Origin: Gekko japonicus
Lineage: Eukaryota
Direction of reading: 5' to 3'
Length of the DNA stretch: 64,000 nucleotides
NCBI RefSeq assembly: GCF_001447785.1
Contig: NW_015172051.1
Span: 305,497 to 369,496 of the forward strand
Part shown: one piece after another, positions 35,515 to 48,634 of the stretch
How positions within the stretch are numbered: position 1 is the stretch's first letter
Layout: the number at the start of each line of letters is the position of its first letter
Notes under the pieces: model-generated
Told to the model about the DNA's origin: nothing
The model's database searches: none
What the model saw: the letters and a program-made list of their open reading frames with translations, nothing else
Translations under genes and position numbers: made by a program

Positions 35515-37334
35515 ACATTCAAGGTGGTGAACAACAAAATTAAGAATACATCTCCTTAAAGTATATCCCATTTTAAAGATAACCGAACTATAACTGCAGC
35601 CACAACTACTCCCAGTCTACAGTCAGCATCACTGCTTTCCTCCCAAAGCTTGCTGCAAAACTACAGATTTACTCTGCCATTTAAAAAGAAACAATAGAAG
35701 GGTACTACAAACCTCAACCAGTAAAAGCTATGGTAGAAAAAGCTTTTACACTTAGGAATCCTCATCTGCTGGACAGAGGGCACTCCAGGGAGAAAGCTTG
35801 TCTGAGGAACTAAGCTGACATAACACACAAGACGAGGTGGTCATTCAAATGTGTGAGCCCTGGGTCATGAAGGATTTTGAAGATATGAACCAGAACCTTA
35901 AAGAACTCAGTGGGGATTTGAGCTCCAGTGCTCCACATTCAGACTCCACATTGTAGACTACCTCTCACTAGCTCTCCCTTGGGAGGCAATTTTATGGCTG
36001 TCATACACAACCCTGTAAACTGGTATGACTCCACCTAAATGAATTCTATCATCAGCTTTATTGTCCCACATATATAAAGCACCACAACAATGATAACAAA
36101 GGTCTTTTTACATTCCAACTCTTTACCACTCTTTCAAAGTTCATAATTCTTTTTGTATATTTATTATCCAAATTTTAATTTATTTTTACTACATCACACC
36201 TTTTAAATATACTCACTGGAATTACACTATCAGAGTAGTTGAAGGGCAAAGCTATGACTACAGAGTCAACAAAAAAGCCCAACATAACATATTTTGCTTT
36301 TCTTTTTGTAGACCTTGTGCCAGCTTTGGGTACAGTCTAGACCCCACTGAAATGACTGTCAGACCTCCTCCAGTTCATTTGAATGGTTCTAGATCGCAAC
36401 CACTTTCCCCACTTTCTTACATAAGGTTGGGAAATGTCTGATATAGGATGGGAATCTGCAAAAATAAATGAAAGGACTCATCTTAATGATTTGGAATAGC
36501 AAACCAAGACATGAAAACATCCCAATTTGGAAGCCTAAGAAGTGTACAAATATTTAATGGCTTGAAATCTCATACTGGCAATGAACTCATCTTTATTAAA
36601 TCTCTTCAAAACATTTTCCCCCATTGCTTGCTGGGCATTTTTTAAACCAGTAGGTGGAGTGCTTGCTAATCATAATTGAGAGCACAGTGCTTGATCTTAA
36701 TATATGCGCAAAGCACTTTTCTTATTATAAACTGCTAAAATCATATTTGCACTCAGCTTTTTCTATTGGTATAATTAGTTGGAAATAATATTACAAGGGC
36801 AAGGTTGAAATGCACACAACCTTGTAGAGACATTTTAGAAAACACAGGCAAACAAGGCTCAGGAATGCAAAAGAATGCCAACAGAGCACAGTGAAAACGT
36901 CATTCAAAGGGAGATTTTGGAGAGGAAAAAGTATTCAGAAAAATTTGTGGGCAGTAAAGTCCCATTACCACCCTCCATCCTGTCACTTAATCACGTCGCT
37001 CTGTTAAAATGAATTGGAGGATAAGCACCCTGAGCCACTTAAACACCATTAAATTCTATCTGTCATTTTGTTGTTGTTTGGCTGGAGTCTGGTGTTGTCA
37101 TGCTAGTCATAAAGAATTCTTTGACAGAAATAAACCCCAGTGAAACAGGATACTTCACCAGGCCAACTTTGGTGAGTATATGAATACGCAAGTTTTTCAA
37201 TTACACAGCACTCATCATCAGGCTGCTTACAAAGAGACAACTAATGATTGCAAACCTACACATTGACTTCAAAGCTGCAGCCACAAATAGATTTACAATA
37301 TTAGGATTGAAATTCAATTGAGTTCCTGGCAAGG

Positions 37335-37500
37335 ATATATGAACATGTCATAATGAGTTAGACCATTGGTCCATTGAACCTAGTAGTGACTTCTTGTATT
37401 GGCAGAATTTCTTCAAGCACTCAGACATATCTCCTTCCTAGCCCTAGTACCTCAGCCTCCTTAACTGTACATTCTGGGAATTAAACCATGGCTCACTGGC
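37335..37500 (-). mobile_element. Decayed tRNA-derived SINE with CR1-type tail
   Basis: AGACCATTGGTCCAT..CTGGGAATTAAACC; collinear with 51107-51313. Confidence 0.5.
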
Positions 37501-38141
37501 AGAGGGCCTGTGAGATACTGTTCATTTGATTCTTTGATGGTTTCTATTTCCTGTTTTCTGTTCTTGACTTTAGCGAAAGAGATGAATTTACCCTGACTAC
37601 TATAAATTCATGGGGCAATAACTTCTGCACTAAAGAAGCCACATACATAGTATCTTGCAATGAGAATTCTATGGCCCACAGTTGCTTTGTGTATTGTTCT
37701 TTATAAAACACAAAACCAGACCCCTAGAGTTGGAGACAGAGGTAGAAAAGCAAAAGTGAAAACAAAAACAAAACCACGGTGTAGTTTCTGGGTGCAAATG
37801 TGAATCTGATAGCAGCACTATCGTGTGTAGGTCTACTGAGAAGTTAATCCCACTGTATTCAATGGGGGTTAGTTCCAGGTAAGTATTTCTAGGATTACAT
37901 TGTAATATCGAAGGAAGAGAGCAGCCATTTTTTATTCTGGAAATCTAGGAAAATAGTACCTTGCAAGAACAACTTCCAAGAGAAGTTAAATCTTTTCTCT
38001 AAACCCCAAACCAACAATGGCATTTTCTTCTGGGCAGCCAGGTCACAGAACATGGGTAGTATATATTGAAGAGTTTCAGCAGTAGTACATTGTAACTCTG
38101 TTGTTGGACAAAGTTCCAAATTTGTTGATTATAAGGGGGCA

Positions 38142-38315
38142 TAGGGCTGCCAATAAGCTGGAGGAAAAATGTCTTGCCTCTTTCACAGAAGTTTAATAGG
38201 ATGTCATTTACCTTATGTTATTTATGCCAGGAGACATTTTACTGTGCATTTCTGCACATCAGACCTCTGTTAAAAGGGCAAGACACTTTTCCCCTTCAGG
38301 TTGTTGGCAACCCTA
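38142..38315. mobile_element. hAT (Blackjack-like) palindromic MITE
   Basis: TIRs TAGGGCTGCCAA / TTGGCAACCCTA; imperfect internal inverted repeat. Confidence 0.75.
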
Positions 38316-39091
38316 AGTGCTGTAAAACCTATTGTTCCCACTGCTGCCTGGCAATGCTATTTATGCTGACATCGCAGAAGCAATGAGGTCTAATTTTTCT
38401 CCTGCCCCCATCAATGATTGCAGAATGCTGTAGATACCACATTAGCAAAGTGGAACACTAGTTGCATAGTTTTTGGCTGTACTCAGGAGGAGGTCAGAGA
38501 ACTGCCAGCTTGAAGAAAAGTTAAACAGTGGCTTGAAAAACCAGTTTTTTTGCTGGTTTATGCAATGATCAGATCTTTAAGAAGTTACTGGCTGTCTCAG
38601 CACTAACATTCATAAAGGTGGTTGGCTTGTGCTGTGGAAGCTACTGAGAATAATAGTTTGGAACTGAGCATGAACTGAGAAGTGAATCTCGTCACTCAAC
38701 TGCAGGGCAAGCCTTAGAAAAGTTACATGTACCATGGGTAGTATTAGACATGGGGCATCCAGGAAAGCCCAGCTGCCCATGGCTGGGCCTCCTTGATGGA
38801 GGGAGAAAGAAGAGGAAGAGCAGGCAGGCTCCTGCCACTGCTGGCACCCATCTCCTCAAGCTCTTAGTAGCCAGATTGGTGCCAGTGGCTGCCATGTACT
38901 CCTGCCCCTCTGGGTCTCAGGCAACATAGGCCACCCTTTGGTTGAGTTTGGGACCAGTGTGAGTAGGGTGGGGGGGACAATGATCCCTTGACTTTTATCC
39001 AGGGGTCTAGGATCCCTAAGATCATCCCTGGTTCATACTTGTGAATATTGTGCTCCAGCTACATGGCAACATGGAATGCTGGGCATGAAAA

Positions 39092-39565
39092 TAGGGTTGC
39101 CAGCTCTGGGTTGGGAAATATCTGGAAATTTGGGGGATGGAGTCTAGGAAGAGCAAGTTTTAGGGAGGGGAGGGACCTTCCACCTTCCAAAGCAGCCATT
39201 ATCTCCAGGGGAACTAATCTCTGTTGTCTGGAGACCAGTTTGGTGTAGTGGTTAAGTGTGCGGACTCTAATCTGGGAGAACCGGGTTTGATTCCCCACTC
39301 CTCCACTTGCACCTGCTGATGTGACCTTGGGTCAGTCACAATCTCTGGCACAGCTGTTCCTGAAAGAGTAGTTTGTGTCAGAGCTCTCTCAGCCCCACCC
39401 ACCTCACAGGGTGTCTGTTGTGGGGAGGGGAAGGGAAAGGAGTTTGTAAGCCGCTCTGAGACTCCAAGTGAAGGGTGGGGTATAAATCCAATCTCTTCTC
39501 TTCTTCTCTTCTTCAGTTGTAATTCTGGGAGATCTCCATCCACCACCTGGAGTTTGGCAACCCTA
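39092..39565. mobile_element. hAT (Blackjack-like) MITE containing a SINE
   Basis: TIRs TAGGGTTGCCA / TGGCAACCCTA; TSD CATGAAAA / CATGGCAA (6 of 8 match). Confidence 0.85.
39230..39513 (+). mobile_element. tRNA-derived SINE (Squam3/MIR-like), young copy
   Basis: A box TGGTGTAGTGG, B box GGGTTTGATTCCC, CT-rich tail. Confidence 0.9.
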
Positions 39566-40364
39566 CATGGCAACTTGTTTCCAGAAAGAGTCAGAAGAAA
39601 GGACGGTAGCCTCTATTTGGCCACAGGCAGGACTCAGTACGGTACAACAGTGGACTCTAAAAGTCTGGTTTTTATCCATTGTGCATCACAAAGATCAAAA
39701 CTCTCAGGGTGTGCTTTATGGGATATACAGGTGGCTGAGTTGGTCTTATATTCTAGATGCTTTTCATAAAGGCCATTTCAATACTGTGCAAATGAAGGCC
39801 ATTGCCTAGAGCCAGATTTGATGGGCTGCTATTGACAAAGACACTGAGGAAAAGGCAAAATATTGTGCTACATGCCAGCAAATTCAGAATGGTCCCATTC
39901 TCACATGCCTACACCTTTAGTCATGACCACAGACACCTTGCAAATATATTATGCAGATTTTTTGGATCCTTTGAAGACTACATATTTTAAGTAGTGATAC
40001 ATGCCCATTTGAAATTCCCTGAAGTTTCCAAAAAGACTATTGGTCATCTCCATACATTGCTTGCTCAATTTCCATGCTACTACAGATAGTTAGCGACTGT
40101 GGGCCATGATTCTGTTCTTATAAGAGATTCTTGAAATAAATTGGCATCCAGCCTAAACTAAACTAAAAATTTTATGCAGTCTTTTGAAAAATATGCTATT
40201 CCTTGGTATTACCAGCAGAAACTGGACAATGTTCTTATCTACAGAGCTATTTCCCTGTTTCTGAAGAGGATGCTAAGGATATGCTTGGACTTTAAGCATA
40301 CTGATGTCAGCGGACAGTCATCCAAATCTCAATGGCAACAAGTTAATCAAGTTAAAATAATTGT

Positions 40365-40600
40365 ATTATATTATTTATTTCATTTATCATCTTGCATTTT
40401 TCTCCATTGGGAACCCAAAGGGGCTTACATCACTCTCCTCTCCTCCATGTTATTCTCACATCCACTGTAAGAGGTAGGTTAGACTGAGAGTGTGATTGGC
40501 CCAAGGTCACCCAGTAAGCTTCCATTGCGGACTAAGGATTTGAATGTGCAATTCCTAGATCCTAGTCCAATGCTGTATCACTGCACTACACTTGCTCTTT
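40365..40600 (-). mobile_element. Older MIR/Squam3-like SINE
   Basis: GGTAGGTTAGACTGAGAGTGTGATTGGCCCAAGGTCACCCAG core; TTTA-type tail. Confidence 0.7.
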
Positions 40601-40744
40601 CATAAACTTATCCTCATTTATTTCTATTTGGGGACTTAGTCTGGACAAGAAATTATGTTTCTAGGGTGAAATGTGTTCTTGCAATTATTTTGAAATGCAC
40701 TGGGCCTCTTTTGTTTGGGGCGTATCTGCATGATGACATTTTAT

Positions 40745-40842
40745 AAGAAAAACAAAGTTTGAGTCCAGTGGCACCTCTAAGACCAACAAAGTTTTATTCA
40801 TGGTATAAACATTTGTCTGTAACCACACTTCCTCAGATACAG
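40745..40842 (-). mobile_element. Penelope-like element terminal fragment
   Basis: AAAGTTTGAGTCCAGTGGCACC..AGACCAACAAAGTTTTATT; related copy in opposite orientation at 43795-43870; interrupts the Gypsy integrase relic. Confidence 0.55.
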
Positions 40843-41226
40843 TGGAAAGACGTGTTGACCAGCTGAAGCACTATCTGGTGCCAGACTTTGAAAACACCTT
40901 TGTGGAATTTTCCCTTGTACCGAATGTGTTTCTATATAAAAGAAAGATGGGGAAAGAATGATATAAGCCACTTCGGGGGCCCTTTGGGGAGAAAGGTGAG
41001 GTATAAATGAAGTAAATAAATAATTTTGATTTTTATAACTTGCTGGAAGAAAATATTGACACCAGAAGCTATTACCACCTCCTATGAACCAGGAGGCATT
41101 GCTGCAGTGGGTGAGAAAACCAGTAGTGCACCTCAGCTTATGACTGTATGGTTTATGAGGAAAATATGGCCATGCTTATAAACAATACCACAAAAGACTG
41201 AGGGTCCCCCCCAGATAAATCATATG

Positions 41227-41415
41227 TGTTGGTGTATTTGCTGTTGGTTTGAGATGTTCAAATGTGTGTGTGTGGGGGGTGTCATTGGTGATTCTTATAA
41301 ATCTTATCATTCCTATTTCCTGTTGTTGACTCCCAGTGCATTTAAAGAGATGAACTTATCATAGATATTTTGTCGCAATACCTTCTGCACAAGTAGAACT
41401 ATATATGCAACAACA
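41227..41415 (+). repeat. 3' LTR of the ancient Gypsy
   Basis: Termini TGTTGGTGTAT / ATGCAACAACA; shares CTATTTCCTGTT, AAAGAGATGAA and GCAATA.CTTCTGCAC with 37544-37630. Confidence 0.7.
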
Positions 41416-42308
41416 CTTTGTTCTATCAAGAGAAGCAGGGTTATACGGCCCTTTCTTGCTTTGAAGACAATCCTGGGTATCTTCAGCTTGTGCTCATGTC
41501 TCTTATAGGCCTACTACACAAAGGAATCAGACAAGTTCTGCTGTCACCTGAGCAGTACAAAGGATCATATAGCTGTGCTGAAGATAAGCCTGGAAACCTC
41601 CCCTGTCCTCACTGTGCAATGGAAATGATCCAGTGCTGCTAAGAGGCCTCCAGATGTTCCCTTGCTCTGGTACAGGGCCATGCCTACCACATTCTTTCAG
41701 CTGCTGCCTCAGCACAGCGGCTCATGGGAATGGGACATTCATCACTTAAGGTACAGAGCATATGAAAAACCATGTAAATGAAGTGCAAGTAGTGTAGCAT
41801 AAAGTGCTATTTTTTTCTGAAAGTGTTTTCAAATTGGTTTCAGAGTTGTAACTTTAAACTTGCTAACTGCATCACCCTAGATTTATCTACCTCACACCTA
41901 AAGATGCTATAGTGGCAGTTAGAACTTTAACAGTGGGGGAAATCCTGCAATCCACAGAATTTTTAAAAGCAAGCATTAAAAATGGCGAGAATAAGTCATT
42001 TAAAACACTTATTTCAGCTTACAATTTGCACAGGGAGTGGTGTGTGTGTGTTTATGAAAACAGGATGAAAGAAAATTTGCTCTCTTGTTGTACAGTTACA
42101 GTCAACTCCAAGAGGCTCTGTTCCCTTACTGCCTTGGGCAAGTAAATACCTCCAAGCCTATTCTGCCCATGCATTTCCCACTAGATTCTTCTCTTCTCTC
42201 ATTGGGCTAACAACTGAGTGACAAAGATCAGTACTTCTAGAAGCTGAAGGAAATAGCTCTGTTTTCCTCAAACATAAACAGCTCTATACAACATTCTTAT
42301 TAAGCATG

Positions 42309-42592
42309 TAGGGTTCCTGTATGCTGGAGGGAGGAGTGTGTATCTCTGGGGGTGGCAGGAAAAAGTAAAATGTCATCAGTGATTATATGACATCACTTCT
42401 ATGTTTTCCCTCTCCATGAATCACTGGAAACTCTATGGTAAAACCATAGCACCTCTGGCAATTCCTATAGACATATGGCATTGCTGCTGGATTTTCCTAG
42501 AAGTGACATCATTCCATTGCTGATAGCCACCTCTCCATGTCCCTGCCACCCTGGGTCTCCTGCTGATTGCCAGGCTGGGCTTGGCAATCCTA
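42309..42592. mobile_element. Older hairpin hAT MITE related to copies A and B
   Basis: TAGGGTTCC / TTGGCAATCCTA ends; TSD TAAGCATG / CAAACATG (6 of 8 match); GACATCACTTCTA and TAGAAGTGACATC flank the apex CTATGGTAAAACCATAG. Confidence 0.7.
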
Positions 42593-43794
42593 CAAACATG
42601 GCATCTGCCATGCTCACTCACTGCCAGAATAACCATTCAGTTTGTGAAATCTAGGGGGAAAGAAATAACCATGAAATTGACTAATCCTATCAATAATAAT
42701 AAATACATGTGTGGTGGGGGAATCAGAATATTATCACTCAGTTTACCATAGAACTGGGATAGCACACTAAAAAGAAAACATCAGTGAACACATTTGGAGA
42801 GGTAACCCTTCACCTAAAATAATTTGTAATATAGCCCCCAAATTGCACTGGTGTGGCAGGAAGGAGGCGTTATCACTTGTAGATAAGGCACATACATAGA
42901 ACAGAAAGACTACTTAACTGCAGTTGTATAGGTATTCTGTGAAAACAATAATCATAAGCAATTAATTACTTCAGTGGGAACATGTATCTCCAGTTGCAGC
43001 TAGACAAACCATGCCCACTTCTTTGTTATATCATATTATGAAAAATGCCAAAGCAGGGCAATGTAAAGCCATCAATATTTGTTAGAACAGCTTCTGCTAT
43101 CACAGTTAAATAGAAGCCTATTTCTAGCACTCATGACAGAGCTGGGCTAATGGGCCTTTTTAGTATTATTGCAATGCTGCTTTTCTTTTGCCCAAATGGA
43201 CAACATGGTATTGATTGAACTAAATCCACCTTGTAAGATTCATTACACAATGGGGTTTTTAATCCAGCTCTCTGTAGCCATAGTCCAACACTCTAACCAC
43301 TCCATATTCTAGGTTGCAGGGTTTCAATGTTCTGACAACAGCTAAAATGCAGATAACAAGCAGATGGCCCTTATTTCATAACTGAGATCCAAGAAGGTAC
43401 AAATGAAGGACTTGATTCAGACAGCTGTAGCAAATCCAGACAGAAATTAAAATGTACTTTTTTGTTACTCAGAGATATAATACTGCTCCTGGTGGAACAG
43501 GATCACTAACTTACCATTTTAAAAGTTAACTCAGTTCTCTGTTTATCTTTCCTTTTATCTAATTATTTTCTTTGAATCAAGTGAATATTTTACATATTTA
43601 TGCACTGAATTTCATGGTGTTTTATGTAAACTGAGGAGGCGATATAATTAAGTTTTAAGCTGTGAATAATACTTTGGAATCTGTGGACTGTGTTGCTCTT
43701 GTATAATCTATCTAAAATAAATACCTTAGCTTCTTAGTACATTCGATACTCTGGAGTACACTGTGTCAAACAATCTTTCGTATCGAAATACCAA

Positions 43795-43870
43795 CAAGAC
43801 CAACAAAGGTGCCGCTGGACTCAAACTTTGTTCTGCTGCTTCAGACCAACATGGCTACCCACCTGAATCT
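43795..43870 (+). mobile_element. Penelope-like element terminal fragment
   Basis: AAAGGTGCCGCTGGACTCAAACTTTGTTCTGCTGCTTCAGACCAACATGGCTACCCACCTGAATCT. Confidence 0.55.
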
Positions 43871-43898
43871 TACAGGAAATATGTCATCGTACCCTGAC

Positions 43899-44115
43899 TA
43901 GGGTTGCCAACCTCCCAGTGGTGGCTGGAGATCTGGGATTACAGTTGATCTCCAGGTGACAGACATCTGTTCACCTGGAGAAAATGGTTGCTTTGGAAGG
44001 TGGACTCTATGGCATTATATCCCATTGAAGTCCCTCCCCTCCCCCAAATGCTGCCTTCCTCTAGTTCCACCCCCAAAATCTCCAGGTATTTCCCAAGCCA
44101 GAGCTGGCAACTTTA
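43899..44115. mobile_element. hAT (Blackjack-like) MITE
   Basis: TAGGGTTGCCAA .. TGGCAACTTTA; reverse-complement similar to the element at 39092. Confidence 0.8.
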
Positions 44116-44234
44116 TACCATAATTTTACTCCTGCATAATATATTCAATGTATATTTGAATCATGAACTTAAAGGATGCTGGCTCTGTGGACTATAAGGA
44201 TTTTTCCTAGAAGAAGATTAAGGATAGAGTCAGG

Positions 44235-44450
44235 AACTGGTACAGTCTGACTAGGATCTGGAAGAACAAGATCTGAATCCCCACTCTGCCATGGAAGCCT
44301 TTGGCCAGTCAGACACTTACAGCCTAACCTCATGGGTTTGTTGTGAGGATAAAATGGAGGAGAAGAGAATTATATAGGCTGCTTTGGGTGCCCCTTGGGT
44401 AAAAGGACGGGGTATAAACTAAGTGAATAAACTAAGTGAATAAAATAAAT
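44235..44450 (+). mobile_element. Older MIR/Squam3-like SINE
   Basis: Decayed B box, CAGCCTAACCTC..GTTGTGAGGATAAAATGGAGGAG, GGGGTATAAA and an AT-rich tail. Confidence 0.7.
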
Positions 44451-46280
44451 GACTTTTGCAGTTAGGGAATGATGGGAAATCAGACTTTGTGAAGGCACAA
44501 GGATTATCTGATGTTTTCTATGGATTTCATCTTTCCAGACTTTCCAGATTTCCCAGGTATGGCATTCATGAGGTACTAGTTTCCTTCATCCAATCCAGTG
44601 CCATGGAACTCCTGTTGCATGATATTCAGAGTACTAGCTATGGTTTTTTTAAGCCCATTGCTGGAATCCTTTTTTTTTACATTGTGATGCCACGAAGAAC
44701 CAAACATCATAAATATGTGGAACTAAGGGTTTATGCCTTAATAAATCATAATTTAGGGGGAAAGGTTTCCCAGAAAGTTAAAATCTTATTCTTCATTAGC
44801 CCAAGAGAGTCTACAATGTGGTCAGGTAAGCAATTATTTTGAAACTATGCTCTTTACTCCCAGGACATTAGCCAACAGATTAACTCTTAAATTCCTCATG
44901 GGCATAGAAATTTTAAAAATTAAGGTTTTAAAACTGTAATCTTGTGCTTTTTAATTTTAGGATTAAAATTATTTTCAGACATCCTTGATGCAAATTCAGC
45001 ATTTGATTTTGTCCTCAAAAAAGTTTTTTCCCATCCATAGCACTTTCCCACTAGCATGTCCTCCCCCCCCCCCAATATTTATCTCTTCAAATCTTCTGAG
45101 TGTCTTATGAATGTACTTAGCATATTTTTATTCCTTTTGGGTGGGGGGGAAGTAGCACACTTACTTTTTTGTCAGTTGTCATTCATTCTACCTTGTTTTG
45201 CTTTCTTCAGTATGTTATTTCTCCTTATATTATGAACTGTGTCATCCCTGCCAATGCACATTCGTTGCTAGTGAGTCAATGCAGTAGACTTTACTAAGAA
45301 ACAGAAAGGAAGTGTTAGCCACCGCTCTCACCGAGATTATATTCTCTCTTAATAGAAGCTGTTGATAGATCCTGTGAGGCTACAACACTTGGGGTGTTGA
45401 CTTGTAGAATGAAATCCTCTGCACACAAGCACAGCAAAATATTTTGGCGAAAAGTAATTATCAGAAATAGTGACACTAGTAAATTAGTTAACTGCATTTC
45501 AGCATGAAGCTTGAGTTACCCCTGCCCGTTCTTGTTCAAGACCCATCGAAAATCAGCAGTTTGGCTTAATGATGTCACAACATTTGCCAGGCTGTGGGCA
45601 CTGAAGAGAAGACGTGAAAATGCTCCTACTGAATCAGTTCCCCTCCTCTCACTGAGCACAGTTAAACAGCCCATCTGTCTCACTCCCATTGAAACTGTTA
45701 TCTTTCAAACATCATTCTATTATTACCATGGGTGGTTCTAAAAAGCTTCCCTTAATTTTAGCCTAGGCTCCTGCCATCCAGTGTTGTTTGGAATTCTCGG
45801 AATCTTATTAAATCCTTTAAAAGACTGACACTGAAACACCACCAGCTGTTTCTCTCCCCAACTGGAGATTTGCAACTCAGCCCTTAAAGATCTACCCTGA
45901 TTTAACCAATCTAAGTTTTTTTTAAAAAAAATGAGATACATATATCCTATTTTTTAGGGGAAAGAAATCACAACAAAGAATTCCCCAATCTTATTTTTTC
46001 TCCACAGTGTGAATTGAAGAGGACTGAGAGACAGATGGGGCTGGATGATCAAGTTACCTGTTATAGCGGCACATCTGCCAGGGCAGTCAATCACTCTGAA
46101 GTCTCTGACAGGTCAATGGAGCCTGAGTAGGAGAGGCTAATGCAAGAACGGCTGAGGAAGGGCTGCCCTCCTCCTTGTCTCTTGGGCTTGACTGGTCTGA
46201 AAGCTGCACTTGAATTTGCTCTTGTAAAAAATCTGTCTATAGCACATCGGTACTGGGAGATGCCAGCTATGATCTTTATT

Positions 46281-46283
<3 letters not shown>

Positions 46284-46335
<52 letters not shown>
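46284..46335. repeat. (GA)n microsatellite
   Basis: About 26 perfect GA units. Confidence 0.97.
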
Positions 46336-46339
<4 letters not shown>

Positions 46340-48415
46340 GTGGTGGTGGTAGAGTACTATAGTGAGCAAATATAATTTTGAAATGGATTCCATTAGTGTT
46401 CGGGAGCTGTCAGTCATTCATTTTCAAAACTGTGTTCAATTTATGGTTTCAAAAGAGGGGGAAATGAAGTTTAGCAAAATACATCTTTTATAATAAACTC
46501 TTTCCTTAACAAAAAAAAAGGTGAAATGTAAATAATCAGAATAACAAGAAAGATTAAGAGTATCAGACCTCACAGCTAAACATAAAGGAGTCCTTGCCTG
46601 GGGAAAAAAAAAAGATTTGTCATTCCATTAATTTGCATTAACCATGTTGTCAGTCTTCTGCCTTCTTCGGCATATTTATTTTCAGATCTGCAGTTCTGTA
46701 AGTGAAGGTTAATTGTCCTGTGAATAGCTTACGTTGGGATGTACTGAATGCTAGGAAGGCTTTTCCACAGCTCCAATCAACTTCCAGATTTTACTAACAT
46801 TTTGCACAAATGTGTTGCAATAAGTACAGTGCTAATTGTGTTGCTATTTTAGCGCATTTGTACCAATGTGGGGTTACTTATGGGACAATGGTGTCTCAAA
46901 ATAGCTTGACTCCTCCCCAGCTACTAATTAATCAGATGTTAAAATGCAAGATCAAAGAGAGAATCTTTGTATACTGTGAAAGCCTTGCAGCCATGAGAAT
47001 CTCTTAATTTTTTGGGAGGGGGTTATAAACAAACATGATGCACATTGCATTATAGTCCCCCTGTTCTTGATTGGTTAAATGGAGATAAATAAAGCCAAGA
47101 TAAATAGTTAGCTGCCATTGTTAAAACATTATGTAACTGCAATGAAAAATGACTATTGGAGTAAAGGAATTGCAATCATTAACAGCAAAGAAAAATACTA
47201 TGACTTGAGATGGTTTGCACAGTACAAAAGGATAAAACTGCTTTTAAAAATATACCCTTTGTTAGAGCGTTCAAATAATTCCCCCCCCCCCCAGCATTTG
47301 CATCTTTAATAACTGTTGGGGACTGTTTTCAGAGTAAAAATACGCTGTCCTTTTTATTTGCATTCACTCCTGCAGCCTAACCACAAGTGCTCCTGTTACA
47401 TTTAGCAGCAGATGGTTTGAGATATCAGAACAAAAAAAAAAGAGTTAATTATTTGGGTTCAAAATAGTAAGATTATCAAATACATGTAACATTCCATGGC
47501 ATGGCAGAAACTAGAAGACAGGAAGGGGACACACCACATTTCATTGTAAACAAGCAAGCTGGCAAATGACAACTGCCTACAATATCAGAAAAAGGGACAC
47601 ACAATGAATCATCTGAGTACAAAGGAACTATTTGTTTTTTAAAGGTCTAGACCAACCAAATAATTCTGCTGCTTGAGTATTTTGCTACCCCTCCCTTCTT
47701 TTATACTTTAATAGAGTGGTAGGAAGTAACAACAACAACAACAACAAATCCACTAAAAGTTGAAAAGCAGTATTTACAAACAAAATAATGATATATTCAG
47801 CATTCTTTGGATTTTAAGCACTGCATTTCAGATATGGACCTGTGGAAAAAAATATTGTGCCGATAGGAGAGAAGAGGTGCAGGGCAAAAACCCCCGATCT
47901 TTTTTCCTTTACTCACCTTCACCACCCTGGGCCCATTCTCTCTCAACCTGATACAGCTAAGAATATCTGCATAGGGAAAAAAGATTCTGGGCATGGATCT
48001 CCTTAGCTGAATCAGTAGAAAGCCCACATCAGCTGTGCATCCAAATGTGCATTTTAGTGCTGTCTTTGCAGTGCATGGGGACTTGACAACCCTGAGCCTG
48101 AACACAGAGACAAGTGGTTTTTTGAGATTGCTGCTGCTTTTACTGCCCTTCTGTTCCAGTCTGGAAACACCATGTTCATGCAGAGGGATGACTGCCAGGG
48201 CACTCCAGCCCTTGCATCAGCAGCCTTCCAAGGTGAAAGGCATGGTTGTTTGGCCAGAAGTCACGGCAGGGGTTTGTCTCCAGAGATGAATGTAGTATGC
48301 TGGGCTCAAGGCACTTAAGCTGCCAAAATAGACACAAATATCCTAAATAAATAACTGGGGCTAAGGGATGAGGTTTTGTTTTGTTTGTTTCTTATCTTCA
48401 AGGCTTGTGCTAAGC

Positions 48416-48634
48416 TAGGGATGTGATGTGAACCTCCAGGTGGGGCTTGGGGATCTCAAGGAACTTCAATTGATTTCCCTGTGACAGAGAACAGTTCCCC
48501 TGGAACAAATGGCTACTTTGGAGAGTGGACTCTATGGCATTATACCTTACTTAGACCCCCACCCCAACCCCCATTTTTCCTAGGTTACACCCCCAAATCT
48601 CCAGGTATTTCCCAGTGCAGAGCTGACAACCCTA
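48416..48634. mobile_element. hAT (Blackjack-like) MITE
   Basis: TAGGG .. TGACAACCCTA; perfect 8-bp TSD TGCTAAGC at 48408-48415 and 48635-48642; body similar to 43899. Confidence 0.88.

Larger units (their letters stand above)
37510..41415 (+). mobile_element. Ancient Ty3/Gypsy LTR retrotransposon, internally deleted, with several nested insertions
   Basis: Homologous LTR remnants at ~37510-37654 and 41227-41415; decayed PBS at 37655-37667; gag relic (NFSPAPSMIAE; GLCNDQIFKKLLA); integrase relic (HKGHFNTVQMKAIA..CATCQ; LVWTRNY..CTGPL..RRVDQL). Confidence 0.75.

Noticed and set aside
39230-39305. tRNA gene
   Set aside because: The A and B boxes belong to a SINE head followed by a SINE body and tail.
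46091-46417. ORFs with ER or SL repeats
   Set aside because: These are translations of the (GA)n microsatellite.
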